A DNA stretch of 27,227 bases. Origin: Octopus sinensis (Eukaryota). A program made the translations under genes and the position numbers. A model generated the notes under the pieces. The model was given only the letters and a program-made list of their open reading frames with translations, searched no databases and was not told the DNA's origin. Positions 1 to 8,978 of the stretch are shown in pieces; within the stretch, counting starts at the first letter, position 1; every line of letters starts with the position of its first letter. The stretch is taken from NCBI RefSeq assembly GCF_006345805.1, contig NW_021834033.1, positions 1-27,227 of the forward strand. The letters run 5' to 3'.

Positions 1-1
1 G

Positions 2-43
<42 letters not shown>

Positions 44-70
44 ATATATATATATATATATTATATATAT
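1..70. repeat. (TA)n microsatellite
   Basis: Directly visible TA run with a few interruptions. Confidence 0.95.
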
Positions 71-74
71 CTGT

Positions 75-215
75 AGTTAATCCAAACTTGAACAAAGAGA
101 AAACACAGCACAGCGAGGACGTGGAACAAGTATAGTGTTATTGGACGGTCAGGAAAGGAAAGAAAGAAAGAGGATTTAACGTTTCGAGCGGAGCTCTTCG
201 TTAGAATCGCAGAAA
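75..215 (-). mobile_element. Short interspersed repeat with minimal hammerhead-like core (Penelope-like terminus), copy 1
   Basis: Aligns by eye with ~7010-7145 (shared aatcca..tgaacaa..gaggacgt..ttggacg..aaaggaaag..gaggattt.acgtttcgagcggagctcttc). Minus strand reads CUAACGA-A-GAGC-UCC-GCUC-GAAAC-GUU. Both copies abut (TA)n. Confidence 0.65.
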
Positions 216-291
216 AAGGAAAGGTCCTGTAATCGAGCTTCAAACGTTCAATATTTCCTGTCGAAAGACGTGACTTCCAAGTAGCAAAAAG

Positions 292-328
292 GTAAGTAAG
301 CTTCTTACCACACAGCCACTCCTGCGCC
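292..328 (-). mobile_element. SINE family A, 5' head fragment
   Basis: Reverse complement ggcgcaggagtggctgtgtggtaagaagcttactt matches the head of the copy at 1646. Confidence 0.75.
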
Positions 329-340
329 TATATTAATTAT

Positions 341-700
341 AATTTACCAATTAAACAAACGCATTGTATATTTGGTCTTCCCTTCAGTGTTATTATCATT
401 ATTTTTTTAGTTTCTTCGTTAAAGCTCTTTCGTCATACATTCTGTGACCTCATCAGCAGCTCTCTATCACACGTGTCTTCTTGATTTGCTTACAAACAGA
501 CAGACAGACAGACAGACTGGTAAGTGAATAGGTAGACAAAATGGAATAAGCAGAAAAAGAGGAGACACGTGAGACAGAGAGTCGCTGATGAGGTCACAGG
601 ATGTGTGACATAAGAACTTTGACAAAGGAACTAAAATAATAATAATAATAAGGCTGAAGTGAAGACCAAGTATAGAGCGCGTGTGTTTAATTGGAGAAAT
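341..700. repeat. Inverted-repeat element, ~135-bp diverged arms, each with a hammerhead-like core
   Basis: 341-477 is the imperfect reverse complement of 564-700; the spacer contains (GACA)n. CUGAUGA-G-stem-loop at 418-460 (-) and 581-623 (+). Confidence 0.85.
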
Positions 701-1240
701 ATGAAAGTAAAACAATATCTATTTAAACACACAATTTCACATCAGGAATATTGAAAAAACAAATACATAAACGTATGACTGTAATTAGTAAATCTAGAGA
801 ATTTAGCTTTAAAATCACGATATCCCCCTATCTAAAATTACTGTTTTTCGTTTTTTTTTTACTGCATTAATTTGAAATTTAGACACGAGAAGGTTCACCT
901 CTATCATAGACCAAATAAGAAAACGGTTTACATCAACAAAAGGTTCATATTTCCCGTGTGATATAATCAAACATACAGCAGATAATGTAAGCTAGTGTCT
1001 TACAAGCTCATTATCAGACAGGCATTGTTGTAGAAGCTGCTCCTCATTATAATAGTGTACTAAAGAGAAGCGGTTTTGAGTAAAAAAAAAAAAGAGGAAT
1101 TGAGAAACTAAAAAATATACTAAGACATAGGAGAATCATAAAGGGTGTAGTATTTTAACATATATACATGCCTATACACACACACAAAAAAAACAAAGAA
1201 AAAGAACACATATATTCATATATACGCTTACGTACGCATA

Positions 1241-1307
1241 TCATCATCATCATCATCATCCTCATCATCATTTTCTTCTTTTTCTTCAATTTCGTCTACT
1301 ACTACTA

Positions 1308-1343
<36 letters not shown>

Positions 1344-1372
1344 GCTACTGCTGCTACTACTACTACTACTAC
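1241..1372. repeat. (CAT)n and (CTA)n triplet microsatellites
   Basis: Directly visible. Confidence 0.9.
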
Positions 1373-1568
1373 TTAATCTCTATATCACGTAAAACCCAAT
1401 TCAACTAACTTACACAAGATGTGTACAATGACAAACACGCAAACACACATAGATAGATAGATAGATAGAGAGACAGAGACAGGTAGATTGATAGATAGAC
1501 ATTGAGAGGGACAGAAACAGAAAGAGAGGGAGAGAAAGAAGGTGTTAGTTGGGTGGGGGAAATAAGGC

Positions 1569-1571
<3 letters not shown>

Positions 1572-1643
<72 letters not shown>
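1572..1643. repeat. (TA)n(GA)n compound microsatellite
   Basis: Directly visible. Confidence 0.95.
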
Positions 1644-1644
<1 letters not shown>

Positions 1645-1645
1645 T

Positions 1646-1809
1646 GCAGGCGTGGCTGTGTGGTAAGTAGCTTGTTTTGCAACCACATAGTTTTGAGTTC
1701 ATTCCCACGGCGTGGCACCTTGCACAAGCGTTTTCTACTACAGCCTTAGACCGGCCGACTAAAACCTTGTGAGTGAATTTGGTAGACGGAAACTGAAAGA
1801 AGCCCGTCG

Positions 1810-1842
<33 letters not shown>

Positions 1843-1860
1843 TTGTGTGTGCGCGTTGAC
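1646..1860 (+). mobile_element. tRNA-derived SINE family A, 5' half plus internal (TA)(TG) microsatellite
   Basis: Head gcaggcgtggctgtgtggtaag (A-box-like) and gagttcattcc (B-box-like), CORE-like ggcaccttgcacaag, then gacggaaactgaaagaagcccgtcgt. Homologous to copies at 4110, 12394, 18325 and 23761. Resembles octopus OR/OK-type SINEs (recall). Confidence 0.85.
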
Positions 1861-1909
1861 AAACTGACGGACAGACAAATAGAGAAGCAGAGAGACTGAG
1901 AGATAGATG

Positions 1910-1939
1910 AATAGATAGATAAATAGATCGATAGATATG

Positions 1940-2003
<64 letters not shown>
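1910..2003. repeat. (GATA)n microsatellite
   Basis: Directly visible. Confidence 0.95.
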
Positions 2004-2004
<1 letters not shown>

Positions 2005-2144
2005 GGATGGATTGGTAGTGGTTTAAGATCCAGGTGAAAACTGAAAATGTATGATAGAAAAGGGTGGGGTAAATGAGGGATAAAATAAAATAAATGATAA
2101 CTGTTTCACATTTACAAATATGATTCTATCAGAGAGGACAGAGT

Positions 2145-2148
2145 GAGT

Positions 2149-2204
<56 letters not shown>

Positions 2205-2225
2205 CAGAAGAAGAGAGACAGAGAG
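2145..2225. repeat. (GA)n microsatellite
   Basis: Directly visible. Confidence 0.95.
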
Positions 2226-2970
2226 GCAGAGAAGTGGGAGTGAAAGAGGTATTGATGTCCATTACGTATATATTGTATATATCGTATATATATATTGATG
2301 CCCATACGTATATATCGATGTTTGTATAAATGTGATTAAGGAATAGAAAAAGATTGTGAACGACCAAGGATGAGGGAGAGATAGAAGGTGAGAAAAAAGG
2401 GTCTGAATGATCCACACACGAGTGAGAGAGAAAGAGAGAGAGAGATAGGAGAGAGAGGGAGGAAGCGATAAAGAGGGAGAATGAGAGACACAAATATAAC
2501 GATGTGCATGCATGATTATATTATATCACGACTAGGATTATGTGATTGTTACATGTCTCGTTTGTATGTACCTCTTCCCTAACTGTAATTTAACCTGACA
2601 GCGAGAACAAACCGAAGCGCTACGAGCGACATCTGGCGGTGACATATATCAGTTAATTATATAGCTATTTGACACATCTGCTAACATCAAACATAACCAC
2701 TACGGCAGTCTCAATCTGGTACTGCGTGGTGTGAGCCGCCATCGGAGGTAATGGGTGTGTTTTGTCTGCTAAGACGATGTTATGAGGGTGAAACGGCGGG
2801 TGGTATGGTGTGATGCTGTAATGTAGTGTAGTGTAGTCGTGTTGCCTTTTATTATTTTTGTCATTAATGATGTCCATGGCTTACTTATTTTTTCTGCTAT
2901 CCAAACTTCCTTTCGTACATTGCACACATATACAGGTTAATGCATATATATATATAATATATACATACAT

Positions 2971-3016
<46 letters not shown>

Positions 3017-3112
3017 CACACACACATATATATATATATATATGCGTACACACACATGTTCATCTAGACATGTATAGACAGACAGATACATCTGCATCTT
3101 TCTCCTTCCATC

Positions 3113-3113
3113 A

Positions 3114-3177
<64 letters not shown>

Positions 3178-3178
3178 G

Positions 3179-3240
<62 letters not shown>
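3113..3240. repeat. (TATC)n microsatellite
   Basis: Directly visible; explains the poly-IYLS ORF. Confidence 0.95.
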
Positions 3241-3241
<1 letters not shown>

Positions 3242-3634
3242 GTCCGTCTGTCTCTCTGTCTGTCTGTCCATCAATTTATAAATGTATCTATTTCTCTGTC
3301 TATGTCTAACTGTCTGTGTGTCTGGCTATCTATCTGTCTGCCCATGCATGTTTGTATGTATGTATGTATCTACCTATATTTATCTATCTATCTATCCATC
3401 TATCTATCTATTTATCTGTATATATTTGTTTGACTGCGCCGTCTGTGTGTGAATTTACTTTCCTCTTTTTTACGACTTTCAACCTCTTAACATCTTTATG
3501 GATTCATCACGCACCTTATTATTCGCCCTCCCACTCTCTCTCTCACTCCCTAAACACTCTCTAACTTTCTCTCCGCATTTTCCTCCCCCTCTCTAACTAT
3601 CTGGCTGTCATAACTTATGTATAGGTTCAATGCA

Positions 3635-3676
<42 letters not shown>

Positions 3677-4109
3677 TGTCTCACTCTCGCGTTCTTTCCC
3701 TCTTTCATTAACATTTCTACGGATTCGTAGCGCACACTGAAACCACGGTTCCTCCCTCCATTTCACACATACACATATGCAGCACATACGCACACATATG
3801 TACATACTCAATCTTCTTTCTCCTCCTCTGTGACTTTTCCTCTCACCATTCCCCTCGTTCTGCTCCTCGTTTCAGTTGTCTCCCTATCTGTGTTCGGCAT
3901 AAAATCTTCATAACTTCTCTCTTTCTCTCTTCCTCTCTCCGCCTCTCTCTCTCTATACTACTCTCTCTTTCTGTCTCTCCCTCTCTCTATCTCTCTCTCC
4001 CTGTCTGTGCCATTTTCTTTCTCTGTGTTTCTCGTCCTTCCTCTCATTCACTTGTATTTCTATCTCAGTATCCCTGTCACCACAACTTGTTTATACACTA
4101 TACAGGTGT

Positions 4110-4264
4110 GACTATGGTAAGAAACTTTGATCTCAACCACATGGTTCTGGGTGAGTCCCATCATGTGGCACCTTAGGCAAATGTCTTCTAACGTAGCCAT
4201 GGGCCAACCAAAGCCTTGTGAGTATTTTTGATAAATGGAAATGGAAATAAGCCCGTCACGTGTG
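4110..4264 (+). mobile_element. SINE family A, 5' half (interrupted by maT-like transposon)
   Basis: aaccacatggttctgggtgagtccc..ggcaccttaggcaaatgtcttcta..ccaaagccttgtgagt..aagcccgtc aligns with 1646-1810. Confidence 0.8.
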
Positions 4265-4365
4265 TACATGGTGCGGTGAATAAACTGCCGTCTAAATTAC
4301 GCAAAAATTAAAATAACACTGACATCTCAATTTAACAGATATATTTGCCAAAATTACATAAAGAT

Positions 4366-4705
4366 GTGAAGGCGCATGGCTCAGTGGTTAGAGCGTCGAG
4401 CTTACAATCGTGAGGTTGTGAGCTCGAATCCCGGACCGGGCTGCGTGTTGTGTTCTTGAGCAAGACACTTTATTTCACGTTGCTCCAGTTCACTCAGCTG
4501 TAGAAATGAGTTGCGACGTCACAGGTGCCAAGCTGTATCGACCTTTGTCTTTCCCTTGGATAACACTGGTGGCGTGGAGAGGGGGGGCTGGTATGCATGG
4601 GCGACTGCTAGTCTTCCATAAACAACCTTGCCCGGACTTGTGTCTAGGAGGGTAACTTTCTAGGTGCAATCCCATGGTCATTCATGATCGAAGGGGGTCT
4701 TTACC
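4366..4705 (+). mobile_element. tRNA-derived SINE family B, full length, 12-bp TSD
   Basis: A box TGGCTCAGTGG (4377-4387), B box GAGCTCGAATCC (4420-4431), central conserved-domain-like tgttcttgagcaagacacttt..cagttcactcagctgtagaaatgagt. TSD ttacataaagat at 4354-4365 and 4706-4717. Confidence 0.92.
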
Positions 4706-4741
4706 TTACATAAAGATATCTTGAAATACTAAAGAGTAAAT

Positions 4742-5230
4742 TTATTCAATAAAATCGCCACTGGTTTCAGCCACGGCCTCTAGACAACTCCGGAATCTCC
4801 TGCGACTCTTCTGGATTGTCTCCTTATTTAAGTTGGTGAATGATGCCATAGTCCTTGCCTTCAGTTCATTTTGGTGTTACAATAAGTTTTGTTAGTCTGT
4901 CGCTCAACTGCGACCCACGCATGACAATGAAGGGGGTTATAGTCTGGGGAGATAGGGGTGATGTGGTCGCAGAAATTGTCTGACGGCCATGACTGGGTTT
5001 TTCTGCTTGTGTGGCATGTGTGTAGAGTCCTGTTGCCAGACATAGGATCTTCCAGCAGCCACCCTCTTGACCATGGCAGCACTACCTCGCCCAGGCACTT
5101 GATATACGCCTCCGTGTTGAGTCTGAGGCTGTGTGCGAAGATCAATGGAGGCATAATGTCGCCATCACTAGCGATCACTCCAAACACCATGATGTTGAAT
5201 GGATGTTTGATTTTCATCACTCTCGGTACA
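4742..5230 (-). pseudogene. Transposase remnant, DD37D/maT-like
   Basis: Translates as MVFGVIASDGDIMPP..LNTEAYIKCLGEVVLPW..CHTSRKTQSWPSDNFCDHITP(deletion)SPDYNPLH..AVERQTNKT, then after a frameshift ..RFRSCLEAVAETSGDFIE*. Frameshifted, and the last catalytic D reads H. Confidence 0.85.
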
Positions 5231-5353
5231 TGTCCTCAAATTGCACTGTCCTCAGATTGACACACACACACACACTGAAACGTTCGTTTTGGAGCTGAAA
5301 TGTTCGTATTGGGTAAATATAAAATGGTGAAAATTTATGCATCGCACCCTATA

Positions 5354-5560
5354 TGTGTGTGCGTGTGTGTGCGCGCATGTTTTTTTTTTTTTATGTATCT
5401 GTCACTCAATGCCGCTTTTCAACCGAAGTAGCAGTTGCTACGTATCTGTAATGTAGCGATTCGGCAAATGTGATCGAAAGAGTAAGTAAACAGCTTAAGA
5501 AAAATAGGTACTGAAGTGAATTCGTTCAACTTAAGATTTTGAAGTTGGTGCCGCAGCACA
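5354..5560 (+). mobile_element. SINE family A, degenerate 3' half (continuation of 4110-4264)
   Basis: caaccga..tagcgattcggcaaa..gagtaagta..ggtgccgcagca aligns with the 3' half seen at 5733-5905 and 25139-25310. Confidence 0.65.
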
Positions 5561-5634
5561 TAAATTTATATGTGTGTGTGTTTGTGTGAAGATATACATA
5601 AATCTAAACATAAAATGGTATGTGGATACATAGG

Positions 5635-5687
<53 letters not shown>

Positions 5688-5732
5688 CAGAGATGTACAT
5701 GCATAGCAAGTGACCTGATCTGAGACAGTGTG

Positions 5733-5905
5733 CTTGTCAACCAATGCTGGTGTGTTTAAGTCTCCGTAACTTAGCGGTTCGGCAAAAGCGACCGATAAAA
5801 GAAGTACTAGGGTCACAAAGAATAAGTCATCGGATCGATTTGCTCGACTATAGGTGGGCTTCAGCATGCCGCTGTCAAGTGAATGAAACAAGTAAAAGAA
5901 TAACA
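5733..5905 (+). mobile_element. SINE family A, 3' half
   Basis: tgtcaaccaatgctggtgtgttta..gtaacttagcggttcggcaaaag..gatttgctcgact..gaaacaagtaaaaga; matches minus-strand copies at 10225 and 12394. Confidence 0.85.
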
Positions 5906-5914
5906 GAATAAAGA

Positions 5915-5946
<32 letters not shown>

Positions 5947-6163
5947 CTATATATATATATTATATATATACACGTATGTGTAGATGATAGCAAAAAACTA
6001 AGTACCTCTACTACAGAAAATTAAAAAGAAAATCACTCAGCATTCAACGACAATGTACCACATTGAGAATCCACTACTGGCTCATTGCTCAGTAGTAAGC
6101 GCCTTAACGATCACACAGATGTTGACATATCTATGTATACATATGCATATATATTAAATATAC

Positions 6164-6456
6164 AAAAGAGTGAAAGGGGTACAGCGAACTTGCCATGAGG
6201 TGTTTAATATCCACCGTTTTAGATTGAATCCTTCGTCAGAGGGCACAGATAAATAGAAGAAAAAGAGAAAAAAGTCAAAAACAGAGTTTACACTCTCTCA
6301 GCTTGAAAAACTCAGTTTTTCAAGCTGAGAGGATTTAAACTTTGAATTTTTTTCTCCTTTTCTTCTCTTTTTCTCTAACTCCTGACGAAGGATTGAATCC
6401 GAAACGTTGAATATTCCACTCCTAGCGGCAAGTTCACTGTACCCCTTTCACTTTTT
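6164..6456. repeat. Palindromic (foldback) element, ~145-bp arms, perfect 18-bp hairpin core, hammerhead-like core in each arm
   Basis: ctctcagcttgaaaaact (6295-6312) / c / agtttttcaagctgagag (6314-6331). Outer arms share tgaaaggggtacag.gaacttgcc. CUGACGA-A-GGAU-loop-AUCC-GAAAC-GUU at 6382-6408 (+), with a degenerate mirror at ~6213-6239 (-). Confidence 0.9.
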
Positions 6457-6515
6457 CCATACCTTTTCAATTCTTGCCGGCGCAGAGTTATCAGATTATT
6501 GCCTGATTGTTATAT

Positions 6516-6553
<38 letters not shown>

Positions 6554-6736
6554 TATATATATATATATATAGATATATATATTTATGTATTGAATGATTA
6601 TCTTAGTATGGATAATTCGGTTAAACGATACCTGGGTAGAAAATTCACGTCAGAAAAACACGGTTGAAGCTACATGCCAAGGGCAGAGATCACGTGCTTT
6701 CGTGTGGAAATTTGTGTGTTTTTTTAATACAAATAA

Positions 6737-6980
6737 ATGAAAGAATGGAGATTTAACAAAATTCCTTTATTCTCGACATATGTTTCGAAGGCTGCATATT
6801 CCTAATTTCGAAGGAATAAGGGGTGCATTATGCCGCCTTCTCATCAGGAAAAACAAGGAGCTTATATCAGCATCAAGATGAATAAAAACTCTTAGATGAC
6901 TGCCCACACGGAGCCCCTTCGAAATATATGTCGAGAATAAAGGAATTTTGTTAAATCGTCCTTCAACTCCATTCTTTCAT
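6737..6980. repeat. Inverted-repeat element (42-bp arms, 41/42 identical, plus 14-bp outer arms)
   Basis: 6750-6791 vs 6916-6957 are reverse complements with 1 mismatch; 6737-6750 vs 6967-6980 are perfect. Confidence 0.92.
6762..6860 (-). ncRNA. Type I hammerhead ribozyme (predicted)
   Basis: Minus strand: stem I 5' CUCCUUGUUUUUC (6860-6848); CUGAUGA (6847-6841); stem II GAAGGC/GCCUUC with a 42-nt loop containing UAUUCCU/AGGAAUA; GAAAC (6786-6782); AUAU; GUC (6777-6775); stem I 3' GAGAAUAAAGGAA (6774-6762). Stem I is 5 bp + 2x2 internal loop + 5 bp. All core nucleotides are canonical. Confidence 0.8.
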
Positions 6981-7009
6981 ATATATATATATATAATATA
7001 TATATATAT

Positions 7010-7230
7010 ATTCAATCCACACATGAACAAGCAAAAAGAAACAACAACGTGAGGACGTAGAATAAGTACAGTGATATTGGACGCTCAATAAAGGAAAGGA
7101 AAGAAAGAGGATTTCACGTTTCGAGCGGAGCTCTTCATCAGAAATATAAAAAAAGTTCAGAGAAGGGAAGACGGAGATAGAAAATCGACAACGAAACACA
7201 TGCGGTCACACATTGAAATGACCGCAAGGG
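7010..7230 (-). mobile_element. Short repeat with minimal hammerhead-like core, copy 2 (same family as 75-215)
   Basis: Minus strand 7145-7111: AUUU-CUGAUGA-A-GAGC-UCC-GCUC-GAAAC-GUG-AAAU. Confidence 0.65.
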
Positions 7231-7534
7231 AATGGGTGAAGAAAAAGTTCTTTCAAAGACAGCAGAGAAGGAGGTATGTGTGTATATGTACATATATATT
7301 TTAAATATAAATCATGCATTTGGTATGTGTGTTTATGCTATATATATATATATGTTTCATATACGCCCATTCACTCACATACCCAGACTCACAAATACTC
7401 TCTAATCACCCATCCTATTGCTAATTGAGTTATTTTCTCACTATTGTCTACTGTTAAAATTATCTTTACTCCCATCTTTCCGACTTTTCTTCAATCCAGT
7501 CTTTTACTTAACCTTTTCACAAGGTGTGTGTGTG

Positions 7535-7728
7535 CCTTTGGCTATATATATGTATACATATATATATGTATACATATATATATGTATGTATGTATGTATA
7601 TATATATATATGTATATATATATACATATATATATGTATACATTTATGTATACATATATATATATGTATGTGTATATATATCCACATATATATATGTATA
7701 CATATATATATGTATGTATGTATGTATG

Positions 7729-7765
<37 letters not shown>

Positions 7766-7950
7766 CTTATATGTTACATATATATATATACATATATATG
7801 CATACATATATATATGTATGTATACAGATATATACATATGTATACAAATATATATATGTATACATATATATGTATATGTTTGTGTGTGTATATATATGCA
7901 TACGTACATATATACATATATATATATACATTATACATACGTACATATGT
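7535..7950. repeat. Degenerate (TA)/(TATG)/(CATA) low-complexity tract
   Basis: Directly visible; produces Y/I/M-rich spurious ORFs. Confidence 0.9.
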
Positions 7951-8559
7951 GTGTGTGTGTTCTGACACTCTTACTCTCCCACGAACTTTCACTATCTCTC
8001 TCTCTCCCTCTCTCTCTAATTTTATGAATCTTATTCCCTCTCCGTTTCACACATTGAATCTCTCACACATCTTTCTCGACCCCTCTCTCTCATTCACTCG
8101 TATTCATCGTCTTATATTTCTCTCTCTCTCTCTCTCACAAACACACACACACACTCTCTCTCTCCTTCTCTTATATTTCTTTCCTCCCTTTTTATTATCA
8201 CTTTGTTCAATTCACTTAGAGATTCTGTCTCTCACTACAACTCTTTCTCCCCCTCACTCTCTCTGCCTTATAACGTCACTCACCATTTACTCTCCCTTAG
8301 TCTCTCTCAGTCTCTCTTTCCTGTCTTTCTCACTCATTTAGCCAATCAAACGTCATTCATCTTTTCATTACTCTCCTTCTTGGACAATTTGCAGTCTCTC
8401 TAAGCAACCGCCACAACTTCCTCCCTTTTTCTCCCTCTGTCACATTCTGTCACTCCATATCTCACCCTCCATGTGTCTCCGTCCATCTCCCCCTTTCCTT
8501 TCTCCACTTTCTCTCTCTCACTCTCTCACTCCCTCTCACTCTCTCACTCTCTCTCTTTC

Positions 8560-8978
8560 TTCTCCCTTCTCTTTCTCTCATACTTTCTTCCCTCCAACTC
8601 TCTGTCTCTCTCTTGCTCCTCTCTTTCCATCTCTCTTCCTTCCCTCTCACTTTCCTCTCTCTCCGTCTCTTTCTCTCCCTTCTCTTTCTCTCATACTTTC
8701 TTCCCTCCAACTCTCTATCTCTCTCTTGCTCCCTCTCTTTCCATCTCTCTTCCTTCTCTCTCACTTTCCTCCCTCTCCGTCTCTTTCTCCCCTTCTCTTT
8801 CTCTCATACTTTCTTCATCTCTCTTCCTTCCCTCTCACTTTCCTCTCTCTCCGTCTCTTTCTCTCCCTTCTCTTTCTCTCATACTTTCTTCCCTCCAACT
8901 CTCTATCTCTCTCTTGCTCCCTCTCTTTCCATCTCTCTTCCTTCCCCCTCACTTTCCTCCCTCTCCGTCTCTTTCTTT
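8560..8978. repeat. CT-rich minisatellite, 113-bp unit, ~4 copies (one with a 38-bp deletion)
   Basis: Marker catactttctt recurs at 8579, 8692, 8805 and 8880 (spacings 113, 113, 75). Confidence 0.9.

Larger units (their letters stand above)
4267..5351 (-). mobile_element. Internally deleted Tc1/mariner transposon, DD37D (maT)-like
   Basis: TA-flanked ends (TA 4265-4266 and 5352-5353) with degenerate TIRs (ggtgcggtgaataaact vs ggtgcgatgcataaatt, 14/17) and an internal transposase remnant. Confidence 0.75.

Noticed and set aside
4371-4445. Possible tRNA gene (also 9525-9589, 22780-22850, 26276-26365)
   Set aside because: A/B boxes are present but acceptor stems do not close, and the heads continue into SINE bodies or are truncated.
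6737-6980. MITE interpretation of this inverted repeat
   Set aside because: The arm coincides with a hammerhead 3' half, the outer arm is offset by a 9-nt indel, and no clear TSD or superfamily TIR motif is seen. Not fully excluded.
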